The notes beneath the pieces are model-generated. The model did no database searches and had not been told where the DNA came from. It saw nothing but the letters and a program-made list of their open reading frames with translations. The position numbers were made by a program, and so were the translations under genes. DNA of 64,000 nt. It comes from Eledone cirrhosa (Eukaryota). The stretch is taken from the NCBI GenBank assembly GCA_964016885.1, contig OZ024764.1, positions 21,762,001 through 21,826,000 on the forward strand, read 5' to 3'. Below, one piece after another: positions 51,575 to 64,000 of this stretch (its first letter is position 1; each line of letters begins with the position of its first letter).

Positions 51575-53297
51575 GAGGGTTCCCCAAGGGCCACATAGGT
51601 CATATGTGTTGTCTGAGGGTTGCACACTGCAACTAATTATGTACACAACAACTAATTAAGGTCATTTCATAAAATTTAATACAGAAAGATTTGTTACTTA
51701 AATTTAGAATCATACAATGTACATACAAATGTTTTAGCAGCATTCATGAATACAAAGTAATGAAGTAGTTTGACAAAAAACTAAAATTTAACATGTCAAC
51801 ATATACTTGCAGATTGTAACAGCAACAAATACATTGTACACAAATAACAACAGTTGAAAACTGAACATTTATTTGCTACTATTCAACCATTTTTAGTGTT
51901 TTGTGCTGAGGCTTGACACTTCTTTCTGTTGACAATTTTTGGTATGTCTGGCTGAAATGTCTGTACAGTTCCAACTTTAATCAGAGATGACAAGTGTTGA
52001 TCTTTCAGCCTTGTTCTCTGAGAAGTTTTTGTTAAGCTAAGTACAGACTCAGTATTGGCAGTGATTTTCAGCTCTTTGCACATAAGAAAATGTATTAAAT
52101 TTTCATCTGACAACGGAGACTTCCATAAGCTAAGTTTTCTAATGAAGAACTTGATGTCATCATACAACTGAGTGATGGGTTTGTTTTTACCTTGTAATTT
52201 CAAATTAAGATCAGTTAATTGTGCAGTAATATCCACAACAAAAGCCAGATGTTGGAGCCAACTTTCATCTTTTATTTCATCTGTGTTTTGACCTTTCATC
52301 TCCAAAAACATAATTATTTCAACAAATAGAATCTTTTCAGCACTTTGTGACATGTCAACCAGCAGACTTCTGTGTAGAATGGAACATCGGTGAACTGATT
52401 ATCCATATCTTCCAACAACTGGCTGAACTGACGGTGGTTGAGAGCACGGCCTCTGATTTACTTCACTGTCTTTGTGACCAAGCTAAGCACATGATGCAAA
52501 TTTAAAATCTTTGAACATAAATTTTGCTGATGAATAATAGTGAAAATGTGCAAATGATGAATCTAGATATGAGTTTTCTATTTTTGTTTGTAACTATAAA
52601 TATTAAATTCACTGTCACAGGCCCTGATAAAGAATGCAATCTGTACTATTCCAGTGATGTCAACAGTCTCATCAATAGCAATAGAAACATGTTCAAACCT
52701 TGATGATACAGCCTTTAACTGTTGTTTCAGATCACCTGACATTTCATTAATCTGTTCAGCAACAGTGTTCCTGGTTAATTAAATGTCTTTGAATAACTCT
52801 GCTTTCTCTAGACAATTTCAGCTGTTTTTACAAGACATTGCTTTACAAAATCTCCTTCACTGTAAGATTTCCCACTCATGGCAATCATTTGACTGAGTTC
52901 ATAGCTTGCAGTAACGGAAGTGACATCCTCTTCCTAAATTAACATAAAACAGGTCTGTTGCTGTGTCAAGTTAACCTTCAATTCCTTGAGTCTTGAAACA
53001 CACATTGGGCCTTCATATTTATCGTAAGATCGAGGGTTTGTTTCATAATGTCTTTTTAAATTGTACTCTTTTGGCCTGGCGATGTAGTTGTTGCAAATTA
53101 AACAATGTATCTTTCTGTTAATGATCTGCACGTGATTAATGGAAGTTAAAAGTAGTTGACAAAATTTGCAAAAAAAAAATAATTGTATCGAAAATGTTTT
53201 AAATTTTATATTACGAAAATGAAACATGGTCGCACTGTAAAGACCTTAGTGTAGGCCGCAGGTTTGCTTGCAAAGGGCCGCATGTTTGACATGTCTG
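51575..53297 (-). mobile_element. Decayed hAT transposon (unit D copy)
   Basis: Paralog of 3474-5826; shares the ~21268 deletion with B and has private deletions. Confidence 0.85.
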
Positions 53298-54112
53298 ATG
53301 TAGGTTACCAACACTAGGGAGGGCAGCATGTCCTTCAGTGTGTTCTGCTACATTAACTACCAGGAGGTCACCACATGAGACAAAGACTACATTTCAAAGA
53401 GGGGTCATAAAAGAACTAAATACGAAAGTACCCACAGCAACAAGCAAATAATTGAGCTTTGGGTCTGGGTCAAGGGGGCAGAAGTGCTGTGCCCTGTGGA
53501 TAAGACTACAAATGTATCCCCCCCCCCGGTCGATGGACAGTTACACCCACTGCAACAGCCACCCCAACCTCATGGGACACCCTCTTCAGAAGGGCCACCA
53601 ACGTTCTGATCTTACAGAGGAGCTTGGCAGTACGGGGTCCAAGTACTTCTGAGGTCTCGATGGTGACCAGTGTGAAGAGACCTACAATTGATGTCATCCC
53701 AGTTATGTTGGACTGTAATATACTGGGGTATAGAGAGGCCTTAACCTGTCACAGCCGGGCCACCCAGGGTTGTGTCATCTAGGTACCAGACAGGGGTAAC
53801 TAGACCATGTTGTCAACTGTCAACACCAATAGGAGTGAGGCGAGTGGGTCCCCTTGCTAGACACCATATATAAAAACGTATTTGCTAATTACTTTAATGA
53901 ATAATTTGTTTCATACGTAATTATTACTTTTAACACAATAGGATTTTGTACACGTGTTTGTTTGAAAACATCTTTCAAAGAAGTATGAGACAGTCTTTTG
54001 TAGTGTTTATCATAATAAATTACTGTATGTTGAGCTGTTTTAACTTCTCCACCTTCCATTATTTTATATTGTTTTTGTAAAAAAACGATATCTTTTTCAT
54101 ATATATATATAT

Positions 54113-54326
54113 GAAGGCGTGTGGCTGAGTGGTTAGAGAATTGGATTCGGAATTTTGAGGTTGTGAGATCGATTCCCAGACTGGGCGATTCGTTATGTCC
54201 TTGAGCAAGACACTTTATTTCACGTTGCTCCTTCTACCTGGAGTTGCGACCGATAGATAGTATTAGCAATTGGAAAGACCAATGGAAACATTGTTTCCTC
54301 GGTCCGATTTGAGGAAAAGTCGATCA
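54113..54326 (+). mobile_element. tRNA-derived SINE (unit D copy)
   Basis: Paralog of 6629-6845. Confidence 0.8.
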
Positions 54327-54330
54327 TAAA

Positions 54331-54361
<31 letters not shown>

Positions 54362-55311
54362 AACACACAAACATACACTACTGTAAAACACATGTAAGGG
54401 GAGACAACTCTCGTTACATCCCCCCTTCTTTTTGATATACGTCCATTAAATACTTTGTTCAATGGAACCTGCTTTATTTTGTGTCCTAAGTAGATTTCTG
54501 TTTAAGTATTTACGAGATTCACAATGATTCACGTAACCAAGTTACTTACATAGAGATATATTTCACATAGAATCACAACAAATGAAAATATTAAGTCAAC
54601 ACTCTGTCAATCAGTCTCACATCACATGGGGTGCTGGAGTCTCCCTCTAATTCTTTCTGAGACAGTCTTACCTCGAGTGATAGCAAGGCTAAGATGTTGG
54701 AACTACCAAACACCCTCATATGTATGACCTGACACCTCGGTAAGGAGAGCTGCCAACGATAACAAGAACCTCGTTGTCAGGGACCTATCTTCTCCAAACT
54801 TCTCCAACACCACAGACTAGAATATTCTACTCTTTATTCCCTATCAAATATATTTCAGTCTAGTCATTTGTCTTGTATGTTGTATATATATTTTCAAAAC
54901 TTACTGTCACATTTGTGAGACCCCAGTTAGTGATGTTTTCGTCTCCCTCCCACATCCTACATGCAGTAGTAAAAGTGAGGGTCACTGCTTCTGTAGACGA
55001 ACGAAATAAAAGTTAAAATACCAGTAATTATCGGCAAAGTATTTATTCCAGTCTGTGATGTTTGAGAAGCTGGGCTGCTGACAACGAAGTTGTTGTCACT
55101 GTTGGCGGCTGGCTTTACCGAAGTACCCGATGACTCTTGTGAGGGTACTTAGCTGTTCTGTCGGTTTAGCCTCCATATGACCCGATCTTACCGAGATACC
55201 CGGTGATCTCTGTAAGAGTACTTAGCTGTTCTATTTTAATTACATTTACTGTTTTCAACTTTCATTTTTTTTATTACAAACTTTACATAATTTAATTCGG
55301 TAAAAATATTT

Positions 55312-55450
55312 TTACGTCACAAAAAAACTTGACCTTTGACATTGAAGCATGCGCAGTGGTGCAGTTGTCGACTTCCTGTCCACGTGTTAGTCTTCCTACA
55401 ACATCATTTAGAAAACATTTCTGTAAATACTAAACACCTGAGACTATAAT
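55312..55450 (+). promoter_or_regulatory. Predicted promoter and non-coding exon 1 of ZNF gene D
   Basis: All motifs present, including TGACCTTTGACA (55330); donor GTAAGT at 55451. Confidence 0.65.
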
Positions 55451-56439
55451 GTAAGTATTATGTCTATTAATATTGTAGATTTAAGCTCACTTTTCACATC
55501 ACAAATATATATTTTCTTGTTTGTTTCATTACTGGAAATATAAAATGTTATCGTAATTATCTATATTTTACCTACCTCTAATTAATTAAAGTGAAAACTT
55601 TTGTTGTTGCTGAAAAATAAATTAACAAAAGTAAATATTTAAATATTCTAAAGGTCGTTTTTATATTATGTGATGATATAATTAATATATTTTATTACAA
55701 TTGTATAAATTTACAGTAGAATAACGTTGTAAATATGTTTTAAATATATACATAAATAACATAAGTGTGTAAATAACATTATAAATTGCTGGCAATTCCT
55801 TGAGAAAGACACTACAAATATATTGTCTAAACTGTGTATAATAATATAATTTATTGAACAATAATGATAAAGGAAAGAAAAACACAGTGGGAGATGGCAA
55901 TTGACCACGAAACGAGGTAAACATTTTCAACTTTCCCCTTTTTTTGCTTTGTCCGAGACAACTCAAAATATTCTTCAAGGAACTGGATTTTCCATTCGGT
56001 TGGATCGAACGGATTTTACCATTTATAATCTACGGAGAGGAATAACAGATGTTCGGAGGAAAAAAGAATTGTTTGTGGCAACAACGTAGGGAACCAACCT
56101 GGAGCAATTGTATCACACAATTATACTTTCCTCCTTAACATACACTTACAATTTTTCAAAATCAAACCCCCCAAATATAAAATATAAATAATTATAAATG
56201 GCGAGGAACCATCCCATCTCCCTCTTGAAATAACCTGAATCTATTTATAGTCAGGTGTGACTGAAAGGTCAATCCATACTTCCATTCTATTTCACAGAAT
56301 TAGAAGCTTTGACCACTTGATAGAATTCAGGTCCAGTAATGTAATCACTCCGTAATTGTAAACATCTTGTATCACTATCATTCAGGTTTTGATTTTACTT
56401 AAGTCTTGTCCATGTTTTTTTTTTTTTTCTTTTTTACAC

Positions 56440-59400
56440 AAACTCACAATTTCGGTTTTTACTGCGGATTTACCCATGCGAACTATTACACAAACTCACA
56501 GCCTTAGATTTTGTATTTCTAGCGTTTTTATTTTCCTTCTCTTTGCATGTTCAGTGCTCTTTCTCTCCCACTGTATTTATCTGCCTCTCACATGACCACA
56601 CTCCTCTCCACGCACTCACCATCTTCTCACTCCTTCTCCACCTTCCATCCCTCCCCTTGCTCAACCCTTACTTCCTCCTCGCGCACAGCCCACCTAGGTA
56701 TTCGTTCAACCCGCCGGTGGCCCGATGTTTCGACAGAACTATTACCGGCGATTGCCGATTGCTAAAGTTGCCACCACTTTAACCTAGTCCACTCTAGGTG
56801 GGGGTGGCATGCGTCGAACGACCAAGAGACCTGCTTGGTGGAACGACTATGTGACAACCGGTCAGCCTTCGACCTCTCATTCTCCACCAACTGCAGCACG
56901 CACCAGAGGAGCTAACTTGACCCCACCTACCCCTCCTCTCCTTCACGGCAGATTCCGAACGAATCCAACCCGGCCAACCACACCACCCCTACAACTGTTA
57001 GCTCACTACCCAACCCCCGCTTTAGTCCCACCGTTAGAACCACTGTTGTCTCCTTTACTGACTCACTCCCTTCACCGAATTCCAACGCTGGCCCTCTACT
57101 GCCGGCTGTTGCCAGCCCGCCACCTGATTGCGCCCTCTGTGTTCGCACTAACCAGTACTTAAAGACAATTAAATGTCACCTATGCCACGCAAGCTACCAC
57201 AGAAGCTGTGTCGGCATCACCAAAGCTCAAGCCGAAAGGCTTCAACACTGGACCTGTCATCGGTGCCACTTCAGCTCTGACTATTCCGTGGGGATGACCA
57301 ACACTCTACCGACGACTTTCCAAAGCTCGTTAACCGGACCCTTAAGGGAGCTCGGAACAGCTTTGCAGGTGCCCTCTCTAATTTACTGAAAAACGTTTGC
57401 TCGTCCAACAATAGTCTGGCAGAAATTGTTTTTGTTTCCCCTCATCTCTCTTCACGTGCACAATGCGAACTCGGGTTCCCTCAAGTCCTCTCTCAAGCGG
57501 CAGTTCCAGCTGTTTGAGTCCACCCCAACCACGTCTCATCTCAGTTCGTCTCCGAGCTCGGTGTCCACCAACAGACAACCGGTAGACCTCAAGCGAGCCG
57601 TCAATGCCAAATTCAGCGAATTTGACATTAAAGGGGCTGTCCTCCCTTGCTCCATGCAACTCTGACTCTCGTGAGCGTCTGAAAGAGAAGCACCCCCAGA
57701 TGATCAGCAACACTGGCCCGAACCACCAGAATACTTGAGACCGGTTTACACCACCAATATCATCAGAAAGGCAATTTCATCCTTCATCCTCAACACCTCA
57801 AGGATGGTATCTCCTTATCGGCCGGTGATGCCGGACTCGAGCTCTTGGAGAGTCTGACTCAGTTTGTGAATCAGTGAACGTTCTCCCGTTCATCCGCCCA
57901 CTGTTCTTTGGTGCGAAGCTATTTGGTCTCACCAAGCCCAACGGGGACCTGCGCCGCATTGCGGTTGGCTGCACACCTCGCCGCCTCACTGCAAAGGCGT
58001 GATTGCTGTTGGTCTCCAACCCACTGGCGGAGGAATTTTCCCCCATCCAGCTGTGGGTGGGTACCAGGTTGGGATGTGTGGCTGCTGTCCACGCTGCCAG
58101 AACATTTGCCAACTTGCCCTCCTCATCCCCCAAGGTCATCCTCAAACTTGACCTCAGGAATGCCTTCAACTCCGTCAGCCGTAACATCGTCCTCGGCTCA
58201 GTAAGAGAGAGGGTCCCACAACTCTACCACTTTGCTTGGCAGGCTTATCGGGAGCCCTCCTACCTCTCTTTCAGTGACCAGATCATCACCTCTGCCTCAG
58301 GAGTCCAACAGGGTGACCCACTCGGGACCGCCCCCCCCCGCACTGGACATTGATGACGTCACCAAGATGGGGGTTGAGTTGGACCTCAATGTCTGGTAGC
58401 TCGACGACGCCTGTTTGGGGGGAACTCCGGATATGGTTCTCGCCACTGCCAACAGGATGGTGGAGGAGCTTCGCGCCGAGGTCTCCAGATCAATAGCTCT
58501 GGATCCAAATGTGAGCTCTGGATCCTCAACCACCCGGCTTCTTAACACCAACAGCTGATCGACCTGTTCACAGAGTCCTTCCCTTCCATCACGGTCCCTC
58601 CCCCGTCGGCTTGGTGCTCCTTAGGAGCCCCGATCACAGACCTGGCCTTCGAGTCAACCATCCAATCGAAGATGGTTGGCCTTGAGCAGCTGCTGAGGAA
58701 TATTGAAGATATCGAACGCCATCAAGGTTTCTTCTTACTCAGGAACTACCTGTCTATTGCTAAGCTTCTGTATCTGCTCAGAGTCAGCCCCTCTCACAGA
58801 TTTCCATCCTGCCTCCAACGCTTCGACGACCTAATCTTCGAGAGACTCGAGTGTCTGGTCAATGTTAGTAAGTGTTCGTCCCTCTCTCTCCCCTGCTTCC
58901 TTTCCTCCACCCAAGCTTGCAGCATCCTCTCCTCTCCAACATGGACTAGTTCCAACAGGGAGTTGTGTGAAGCTCTCCAGCAATGGAGTGAGTTGGGCTT
59001 GTCCCTTCCTGAGAAGGTGGAGGACAGTCGAAGTCAGAGAACTTGGGACAGGATACGTTGGAATGCCACCTTCGACTCCCTCTTTGTCCTCTCAGATCAG
59101 TTTACAAGGTGCCGCTTACCATCTGCCAGTGCCAAATACTCCGGTGACTGGGTCGATGCCTTACCCGTGGCCAACGTTGGAGGCCTACTCAGCCTGGATG
59201 AACTTCGTGTCTCCATCACCCTCACAGTGGGAGCTGACGTCTGCATGGGTTTGAGATGTGGCTAAGTCCTTGACTCCACAGGCCCCCACAGTCTTTCTTG
59301 CCGCCTGAATGCCGGCCACTTTGCCCGTCACACGGAGCTAAACTTTATTCTGAAGAGAGCTTTGGCCCGGGCAAACATCCCCTCGGTCTTGGAACCATCT

Positions 59401-60133
59401 GGGTTGTCCAGAAGTGACGGCAAAAGACCTGACGGCCTTACCCTGTGCCCCTGGTCGAGAGGCAGGTGCCTAATCTGGGACGTCACTGTTAGTGACTCCT
59501 TTGCTCTTTCCCACATCCTTGATGCTGCGGTAAGGACGAGAGCCACAGCTTCGGCAGCCGAGCGGAGTAAGACCCTCAAATACTCTGATCTGTCGGCCAG
59601 CTACATTTTTCAGCCTGTGGCTTTCGAGACGTTTGGGGGAGTCGGGCCGCTGACTGCGAGGTTCCTTTCCTCACTGGCGGCTCGCCTTATAGAGGTAACT
59701 GGCGAAATCGCGAGGGCGCTTGGCTGTTGCAGCACCTCAGCCTCGCCATCACCCGATGTAACACTGCCAGTGTGCTGGCTTGCCTCAAAACTCATTAGAG
59801 AGGTTTCCCAGTACCCCTCGTTGCTGTCTTTTGCTCTGGTGTTGGCTCCGTTGTCCACCCCTTCCTTTACATTTTCTTTAATATTGCAACATTGAAGGAA
59901 TTTATCTTTCATTGTATCATCCTTTATAGTGTTACCGAGGCATTTGTAATGTTATTTATATATTTAAAACATATTTGTTATGTTATTCTACTGTAAATTT
60001 ATTTATATGCTCTGTTTATGTTTTCATTCTGAAGGAACTTATCCACTTGTGTTGATATAAGTGATTCTATGACATTCCTCTAAGCATTGTGTCATTATAT
60101 ATGTTATTATAAACGTGAATAAATTGAATTTAT
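56440..60133 (+). mobile_element. CRE-clade non-LTR retrotransposon (PHD finger, RT, restriction-like endonuclease), frameshifted
   Basis: PHD C4HC3 at 57129-57266; KLDLRNAFNSVSR, GVQQGDPLG, W*LDD; RHTELN..EP.GL.R.DGKRPDG..PW..G..LIWDVTV..KY..FQPVAFETFG; AATAAA at 60118. Confidence 0.85.
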
Positions 60134-60384
60134 AGTGTGATAATAGGCCACACCTCACACCCTAGGGGTTAACTACACACTTTGAGGCAAGCCAACACAC
60201 TGGCAGCATTACAACGGGTGATGGTGAGGCTAAGGTGCTGAAATAACCAGGTACCCTCACGGGTATCACCTGACGCCTCTGTAAGGTGAGGCTAAGGTGC
60301 TGAGATAACCAGGTACTCTTACGGATATCACCTGACACCTCAGTAAGGTGAGGCTACGGTGCTGAAATAACCAGGTACCCTCAC

Positions 60385-60744
60385 GGAAACGACTAGATTT
60401 GTAGAAAAAGTAGGGTGAAAGTATACAAAGAGATGTAGTTTCACAGATCTACTCACACCTCACGTTGGGTGGGAATAATTATTTTTCTTAGAATTCTTGC
60501 TATACCCCTTTTCCAGTATTTTTTCTCTGGACCCCTTAGATACTTGCGATAGACGTTTTATTTCCCAGTATTAAGATTAGGGTTTCCGTTTTCAGGAAGA
60601 AAAGTCGATTGCAAACATCTAAGAGGTCGAGCAATGAAATTAAGGAAAGATAATTATTTCCCAGCCAACTGGAGAAATGTGTAGCTCTTCTAAACTCCGA
60701 TAATCCTGTCTCCCACTTCTTTATCTACAAATCTAGTCGTTTCC
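60385..60744. mobile_element. GG-TIR MITE (unit D copy)
   Basis: Paralog of 9377-9733. Confidence 0.75.
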
Positions 60745-61458
60745 TGCTACTTTGTTCCCTGGGGTATGCCTTAGTATTTGAAACCATCTATCTGTCTTAC
60801 TCCCTAACTAGAAAGAAGTCAATCTGTCTCATGTGCTCACCTGATTGGTAGGTTATTAGGTGGTTGGTAGGTTTCTTGAAGTGTTGCAAATGGTTAGTTC
60901 ACTTGCATCACAAAATACAAGAAGCCTCACTCCTTCTTCATTTCTTGAGCCATAACCATGACCACTATGTACCCCAGTGTATCCATCCTGGAGCTGTCCA
61001 ACATGACCATGGAAGTCCCCTGCTATTATAACTAGGTCTCTGTCATTGTGGTTATCTCTACTTATTCCTTTTCTACATATGGAGCAGGGCCACTTTCCTG
61101 AAGGTGTCAGGGTCTTCTCTCCTATCCATTACTACTTTAGTTTTGGCTAAGTATATTCTCAGAACTTACCATTTCAAATTCTATATCTATAGTTGGTTAT
61201 CTACATAGAGAAGTTTCCATAGACAGCCAGTCTTAAACCTCTCTGTTATGGCTTGGAGAACTATGATGAACAACAGTGGGCTAAGAACTAAACCATGATG
61301 AACTCCTACCTGTACCTTCAATTCCTCACTAGACACACTTTACTGACAGCTTCTCACAAGCCATTCTTCTACACCTAATTCCTTAACCCTTTAGTATATA
61401 AACTGGCCATATCTGGCCAGAATTGTCTCATATCTTTCTGTTCAAACTGGCCGTAATT

Positions 61459-63131
61459 AAATAATAATAATAATAATGAAATTATTGTGTACAGTGCTCA
61501 GGTGCATGTATAGTACATAGAATAATGTACAAATGTCAGGAAAATGAACAGTGCATGAGTCATGATATAATAACAATAATGAAATATTGTGTACAGTGCC
61601 CAGGTGCACCACAACTCATCAAAAAAGTGCATGTACAGTACATAGGGCAATGCACAAACATCAGTAAAATGAACAGTGCACGAGTCATGATACACATGTG
61701 TGCATGTGTATGGAAGGGGTACATCAGGTGTAGTTTTGGCGTATTTCGGGAAGCTTGAGTGTCTTAAAGGATGCAGTGTCTCGGCAGCTAACAACTGACG
61801 CAGGCAGTTTGTTCCCTACTTCAGCAACTCTGAGCGTGATGGAGGGTATGTGCTTGGTTGCACGTCTCTGAACAATTTCCAGGAGGTCAATGTTCTGAGC
61901 AAGATAGGGGTTCCAGACTGATGATGCGAATTCCAAGTGTGGTCGAACCATAGCTGTATTCAGTTTTAAATAGATGGCTGGAGAGCGGCTAACAAAGGTC
62001 TTGCTGAGTGATGCCAAGACACCCTCGGCCTTCTTGACAATCTTAGAGACATGCTTTGTCCAACGCAAATCGTTGCTGACAGTAATGCCCAGGTCACGTT
62101 CACAAGAGGACTTTTTGATATCAGTGTTGTGGAGGGAGTATGTGGACGCTGGATTTTTCCTTCCAAAATGCATGGTGGTACACTTATCCACAGCCAGCTT
62201 CAGTTGCCAGTCTGTGATCCATTGCTGCATTGTGTCCAGGTCTGATTGTAGGAAAGAGTTGTAAATTTCAGGATCAGTCCTTTTGATTTCAGGGTACAGC
62301 TTGATGTCATCTGCATATTTCAGTACCATGGCATTCTGTAAGTTGGCATCTATGTCATTAATATATGCCACAAACAAAAGAGGACCAAGAACAGATCCCT
62401 GTGGTAGACCAGATGACATCTCATATGGTGAAGAATGCTGTCCTAGAACCGTGACTACTTCCTTTCGGCTGAGAATGAAGGATTTCAACCAGTCGAAAAG
62501 ATCATCCCTCACACCCATTGCAGAGAGTTTTGCCATAAGTCTTTTGTGTGGCACAGAATTAAAAGCCTTAGCAAAGTCAAGGTAAACAACATCCACCCAT
62601 GAGCCGCTGTCAGTGATCCGGGTGATGTCCTCAAGGAACTCGATAAGCTGATCACAGCAGCTGGAGTTAGGGATAAATCCAAACTGTGAGGGCCGGATGA
62701 GGCAGTGAGAGCTCCAGAAGTTCCAAAGTGTTTCTCTGACACAGGATTCCATCAGTTTGGCCATACAGCTAGTAAGACTGACTGGACGATAGTTGACAGG
62801 TGACATGCGGTTGCTCTTTTTGAACAGGGGAATGACACTGGCAGTTTTCCACTGCTCCGGAGTAGCACCATTGTTGAGACAGTATTGAAAGAAGAAAGAA
62901 AGCTGGCGCAAAAGGAAATACCCACCACATTTGAGAAGCAGGTATGTCACACCATCAAGACCAGGGGGGGCATAGTTGCGCTTATTCTTAAGGTGACGTC
63001 GCAACATTGCAGGTGTAAATTCCATAGTTGTTATGGAATTTGATGTTAGAGATGGTGGAGATGGTACATTCTGGTTTTCAACAGTAAAAATACTTGCATA
63101 GCACTCAGCAACGAGTTCTGCGCATTCCTTG
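61459..63131 (-). mobile_element. 5'-truncated CR1/Jockey-group LINE inserted into the piggyBac-like MITE
   Basis: Open RT ORF 61724-63025 (NYRPVSLTS, LDFAKAF, GLPQGSVLGPLLF, YADD); (ATT)n tail; empty site in A, B and C. Confidence 0.9.
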
Positions 63132-63271
63132 ATTGGTCACTTATACTTATGTTAAGGTATTGTTCTCAAAATAAATAACATGAAAATCTCATAGATTTGA
63201 TATTATGAGAGATAAAGCATTTACTGTGAAAATATAATAGTAAATATTGAGTAATGTGAATACTAAAGTGT

Positions 63272-64000
63272 TAATCTAATGTCACTAATAACTACTTTTA
63301 TCAGTCAGTTTAATCTAAAGTCACTAATAACTACTTTTATCAGTCAGTATAATCTAATGTCACTAATAACTACTTTTATCAGTCAGTTTAATCTAAAGTC
63401 ACTAATAACTACTTTTATCAGTCAGTATAATCTAATGTCACTAATAACTACTTTTATCAGTCAGTATAATCTAAAGTCACTAATAACTACTTTTATCAGT
63501 CAGTATAATCTAATGTCACTAATAACTACTTTTATCAGTCAGTATAATCTAAAGTCACTAATAACTACTTTTATCAGTCAGTATAATCTAATGTCACTAA
63601 TAACTACTTTTATCAGTCAGTATAATCTAATGCCACTAATAACTACTTTTATCAGTCAGTATAATCTAATGTCACTAATAACTACTTTTATCAGTCAGTA
63701 TAATCTAATGTCACTAATAACTACTTTTATCAGTCAGTTTAATCTAATGTCACTAATAACTACTTTTATCTGTCAGTATAATCTAATGTCACTAATAACT
63801 ACTTTTATCAGTCAGTTTAATCTAAAGTCACTAATAACTACTTTTATCTGTTAGTATAATCTAATCTCACTAATAACTACTTTTATCAGTCAGTATAATC
63901 TAATGTCACTAATAACTACTTTTATCAGTCAGTTTAATCTAATGTCACTAATAACTACTTTTATCAGTCAGTTTAATCTACTACCACTAATAACTAACCT
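63272..64000. repeat. 39-bp minisatellite (~18.6 units)
   Basis: Same unit as 13468. Confidence 0.92.

Larger units (their letters stand above)
50207..64000 (+). repeat. Tandem segmental duplication unit D (runs off the window before its coding exon)
   Basis: Collinear with A and B up to the end of the 39-bp VNTR; acceptor expected ~140 bp past 64000. Confidence 0.85.

Noticed and set aside
63279-63854. 191-aa (MSLITTFISQYNL)n ORF, and the similar ORF at 32355
   Set aside because: Translation of the 39-bp VNTR

Overview
AT-rich, repeat-dense animal genomic DNA, most consistent with an octopus (coleoid cephalopod) C2H2 zinc-finger cluster, judged from the [11 protein letters not shown]...[10 protein letters not shown] finger style and the SINE/RTE families. 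The window is a tandem array of about four diverged copies of a 13-19 kb unit: A ~1.4-18.0 kb, B ~18.0-37.2 kb, C ~37.2-50.2 kb, D ~50.2 kb to the end. An intact unit has a compact promoter (CRE, DR1, NRF1, ETS, E-box, Inr), a ~60-nt non-coding exon 1, a TE-filled intron, and one large exon with a long 5'UTR and a KRAB-less C2H2 array. A relic half-finger exon and a non-autonomous Helitron follow. A encodes 18 finger repeats (13 intact) and B encodes 11. Their flanks are near-identical but their recognition helices are almost entirely different. C has lost both promoter and CDS, and the CDS deletion junction is a 20-bp fold-back hairpin. D's coding exon is predicted just beyond the window. Also present: a minimal Penelope-type hammerhead ribozyme; hAT, Tigger, maT/mariner, piggyBac-like and foldback elements; a Gypsy element and a solo LTR; RTE, CR1 and PHD-bearing CRE-clade LINEs; tRNA-derived SINEs; and several copy-variable minisatellites. 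All alignments and counts were made by eye, and the splice/promoter models are predictions.
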